64,000 nt of DNA, taken from the NCBI GenBank assembly GCA_009391535.1, contig VFHP01000008.1, positions 386 through 64,385 on the forward strand, written 5' to 3'. Both the position numbers and the translations under genes were made by a program. Of the stretch, positions 60,963 through 64,000 are shown in pieces. The notes beneath the pieces are model-generated. The model worked only from the letters and a program-made list of their open reading frames with translations. It was not told the DNA's origin and did no database searches. Every line of letters begins with the position of its first letter. The stretch's first letter is position 1. Origin of the DNA: SAR202 cluster bacterium (GTDB taxonomy: Bacteria > Chloroflexota > Dehalococcoidia > Lucifugimonadales > UBA2985).

Positions 60963-61879
60963 GTGCGGTTGACGGAATTTTGAATGTAATAAAGCCTGTG
61001 GGTTGGACATCCATGGATGTTGTCAGAAAACTTAAAGGTTTGACTCGGCAAAAGAAGGTTGGGCATGCAGGCACTCTAGACCCTGAGGCGACTGGTATTT
61101 TACCTATATGTTTTGGACAGGCTACTAGGGTAATGGAATATTTAGTAGATAGTCCTAAAAGTTATGAAGCTGTAATCAAACTAGGGATTTCGACTGATAG
61201 TTATGACGCTGTTGGCACTATAATTAAAAGTCAGGATCCTTCTCATATAACTCAAGCAGATGTGGAAAAAGGACTTTTAAAATATGTAGGTGATTTTGAT
61301 CAAATTCCCCCAATGTATAGTGCTCTCAAGAAAGACGGAGAACGGCTTTACAACTTGGCGCGTGCGGGCAAAGAGGTCGCCAGAAGACCAAGAGAAGTAA
61401 GTATATATAATTTAGATGTACTAGAATACAATTTACCGGAAATAAGTTTATTGCTGGAATGCGGCAGAGGCATGTATGTCAGATCCTTGGCCCATGATTT
61501 GGGAGAGGATTTAGGATGCGGGGCTCATCTGAAGGAACTAAAAAGAGTAAGTTCTGGTCCTTTCAATTTTTCAAACGCAATTTCTGTAGAAGAAGCGGAG
61601 AATGCTTGTGCCAATGAGTCATGGCAGAGTCTCTTATTTCCTGTTGACTTTCCGTTGTCTAAGTTTAAGGCAGCGGTCGTGAAGGAAGAAAAACGGAAGG
61701 CTGTCATTACAGGACAGGGTGTTTATCTTGGATTCCCTTCTAATCTTGATTCTTCGCAAGATATGTGCAGACTATATTCGGAAGATGGAATGTTCTTGGC
61801 ATTAATGGGTTCAGGAAAAACAAGAGGAGTTTGGAAAGCTAATAAAGTATTTAATCTAAAACGCAGGATGGAAGATTAG
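60959..61879 (+). CDS. truB: tRNA pseudouridine(55) synthase
   Basis: KP.GWTS, KVGHAGTLDP.ATG, QIPPMYSALK..G.RLY.LAR.G, G.YVRSLA.DLG. Confidence 0.97.
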   Translation: MSAVDGILNVIKPVGWTSMDVVRKLKGLTRQKKVGHAGTLDPEATGILPICFGQATRVMEYLVDSPKSYEAVIKLGISTDSYDAVGTIIKSQDPSHITQADVEKGLLKYVGDFDQIPPMYSALKKDGERLYNLARAGKEVARRPREVSIYNLDVLEYNLPEISLLLECGRGMYVRSLAHDLGEDLGCGAHLKELKRVSSGPFNFSNAISVEEAENACANESWQSLLFPVDFPLSKFKAAVVKEEKRKAVITGQGVYLGFPSNLDSSQDMCRLYSEDGMFLALMGSGKTRGVWKANKVFNLKRRMED

Positions 61880-61956
61880 TTACATAAATATATCAGATGA
61901 CGATGCGGGTTTGTCTAAGTCTGGATTTATTCTGTTCTAGTCATATAATGTAACTC

Positions 61957-62562
61957 ATGATAAAAGCAGTTCTTTTTGATATGGATGGAGTCCTGGTCGA
62001 TAGCTTTGAGGCTTGGTTCAGTTTGGTTAATAGTGCAGCTATCGCATTTGATTGTCCCGATATATCTCGACAGCAATTCAAGTCGGTATATGGTCAATCC
62101 ACAGCGTTAGACGTGGCACTGTTTTTTTCTGGCAGGACTGTTTCAGAGGTAGATAATTATTACGAAAACCACTTCTATGACTTTAAGGAGTTCGTGTATC
62201 CAGCCCCAGACTGTCATGCCACTATAGAAGAATTGAAGAAATTAGGGGTCAAATTAGCTGTGATAACAAATACGGCAGGATCCTTGGCTCGGGAGATTTT
62301 GAAGGATCTAGACATAGGAATCGACTGTATAATCGGAGGAGATGAAGTAGCGAGTGGAAAACCTGCTCCTGATATAGTATTCAAGGCTTGTGATTTATTA
62401 GACGTTTCTGTCGAAGAAACTATTTTGGTCGGGGATTCTATATATGACATGGAGGCAGCAAGAGTTTCAGGAAGTTGTTCCATAGGTATAAATGGCGTAG
62501 TGGGTGATTGTACTATTAGAGAATTAAGAGAGTTAACAGGAATTGTAAAGGATTATTTGTAA
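61957..62562 (+). CDS. HAD-superfamily phosphatase
   Basis: FDMDGVLVDS, ITN, KP.PD, VGDS..D. Confidence 0.9.
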   Translation: MIKAVLFDMDGVLVDSFEAWFSLVNSAAIAFDCPDISRQQFKSVYGQSTALDVALFFSGRTVSEVDNYYENHFYDFKEFVYPAPDCHATIEELKKLGVKLAVITNTAGSLAREILKDLDIGIDCIIGGDEVASGKPAPDIVFKACDLLDVSVEETILVGDSIYDMEAARVSGSCSIGINGVVGDCTIRELRELTGIVKDYL

Positions 62563-62588
62563 TTGCAAGTGTGTTACAGGAGGAAGCC

Positions 62589-63227
62589 ATGCCTATTTTC
62601 TACGACAAAAATATACGAATATTTAAAACCTCTTGTGGACCATATGACAATAATGCTTATCTTATTGTTAGCCCTGATACAAACGAGGGGATAATAATTG
62701 ATGCTCCAATGGAGCCAGAGGTTCTACTGGAAGAGGCTTTAAATGTAGATGTTAAGTACATTTTGATTACTCACAGACATCAAGATCATCTGGCAGGACT
62801 TTTCACGATAAAGGAAAAAACCGGCGCGTTGATAGGAATTCATAGTGAGGATGCTGAGGCATTACCAATGGAACCAGATTTACTGGTGAAAGATCAGGAC
62901 AATATAGTTGTATCCAATATCAATATGACAGTATTGCACACACCAGGACATACCCCTGGATCAGTATGCTATTTAGTAAAAGATAATATCTTTTCTGGTG
63001 ATACACTTTTCCCCGGTGGGCCAGGGCACAGTTCATCTGCAGAAAATTTAAACCAGACAATTAACAGTATAAATGAGAAACTCTTTGTGCTACCAGATAG
63101 TTTATCTTTACTACCTGGGCACGGTGCAGAGGGTGTATTGGGTGTATCTAAAGAAGAATACAATGTATTTGCAAGTAGACCTCATAGCGAAGACTTAAGC
63201 GGTGATGTTCTTTGGTTGCAAAGTTAG
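62589..63227 (+). CDS. Metallo-beta-lactamase-fold hydrolase (glyoxalase II-like)
   Basis: THRHQDH, HTPGHTPGS, SGDTLF, PGHG; AGGAGG RBS. Confidence 0.9.
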   Translation: MPIFYDKNIRIFKTSCGPYDNNAYLIVSPDTNEGIIIDAPMEPEVLLEEALNVDVKYILITHRHQDHLAGLFTIKEKTGALIGIHSEDAEALPMEPDLLVKDQDNIVVSNINMTVLHTPGHTPGSVCYLVKDNIFSGDTLFPGGPGHSSSAENLNQTINSINEKLFVLPDSLSLLPGHGAEGVLGVSKEEYNVFASRPHSEDLSGDVLWLQS

Positions 63228-64000
63228 ATAACGACCAAGGGATTATCGTCAGTGATTATCCTTTTTTCTGCCTTTACCGCATTACGTGCATATTTGGATA
63301 AGGTAAAGATTCCCTCATGCATTTCACCATCATAAAAAGAGAGTCCGTTGCATCCTCTGTCTTTTAGCCTTTGATCTACTTCTTCTTTGGAAAATTGTTT
63401 TGGGTCAGGCCCTAGCGAAGCTAGGCTAAAGCCCCAGTCAAAAGAGAAAGAAGGTATCATTGCATGGTAAGGGAACACTTTTGGAAAAACAGTTTTTAAA
63501 GTGTTTACTATTGCAGCGAAAGCGTCCATGTTGCCGGTCATACATTGCTCAGATTGTATGGCGACTAGACCGTCTGGATTCAATTTGTCTTTAATCAACG
63601 AATAAAAGCTATCGGTATAAAGAAACGATGCAGGCCCCCCTTCTTGTGGGTCAGGCAAATCAATTATCATGACATCGAATTTATCAGAAGTATCTTGAAG
63701 GAATTGTTTTGCGTCTCGGAAGTGGAGTTCAGTTTTGATATCATCAAACGCTCCCTTGTGATGGTTAGGTAAGAATCGTCGGCAAATGTCCACAACTTCA
63801 CCGTCAAGATCTACCATAACTGCCTTTTGGACCGTGTTGTGCGATAGAACCTCTCTTAGGGTAGCTCCTTCTCCTCCACCTGCTATAAAAACGTTTACAG
63901 GATTTTTATGAGTTACCATAGCCGGTTGTACCAGAGCTTCATGATAAACGAACTCGTCTGCTTCTGAAGATTGAGTTTTGCCGTCCAGTATAAGAGTTTT
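63224..64000 (-). CDS. speE: Polyamine aminopropyltransferase (spermidine synthase), 3' part; start lies beyond window
   Basis: LDGKTQS..ADEF.YHEALV, GGGEGATLREV, VDLDGEVV, FDVMIIDLPDP. Confidence 0.93.
   Translation of the reverse strand, partial: KTLILDGKTQSSEADEFVYHEALVQPAMVTHKNPVNVFIAGGGEGATLREVLSHNTVQKAVMVDLDGEVVDICRRFLPNHHKGAFDDIKTELHFRDAKQFLQDTSDKFDVMIIDLPDPQEGGPASFLYTDSFYSLIKDKLNPDGLVAIQSEQCMTGNMDAFAAIVNTLKTVFPKVFPYHAMIPSFSFDWGFSLASLGPDPKQFSKEEVDQRLKDRGCNGLSFYDGEMHEGIFTLSKYARNAVKAEKRIITDDNPLVVI

Overview
Core-chromosome segment of a low-GC bacterium, most likely Chloroflexota class Dehalococcoidia (SAR202-like). This is inferred from gene content and protein style, not from a search. 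Housekeeping genes include the 5' part of rpoB, tilS, greA, ftsH, pheS/pheT, gcvT-H-PA-PB, lipA, metG, aroK/aroB, nusA-ylxR-infB-rbfA-truB and a partial speE. There are three tRNAs (Leu-CAG, Met-CAT, fMet-CAT) and a 23S rRNA gene transcribed alone, with no 16S or 5S beside it. A roughly 20 kb block (12.7-32.3 kb) holds catabolic enzymes and MFS transporters. A cobalamin riboswitch heads an ECF S-component plus DUF4430 gene pair. No integrase, transposase or CRISPR array was seen. The most notable observations are: (1) two unannotated tandem stand-alone desulforedoxin-like microproteins (C-x2-C-x15-CC) with their own promoter, RBSs and downstream hairpin, divergent from lipA; (2) an intact nicotinate-phosphoribosyltransferase homolog whose active-site motifs all appear replaced (candidate pseudoenzyme); (3) GreA carrying an N-terminal domain resembling a tyrosine-recombinase core-binding domain; (4) a DUF3090 + PI3/4-kinase-like (SCO1664) module converging on an inositol monophosphatase; (5) the solitary 23S unit; (6) a possible B12-riboswitch link to glycine cleavage.
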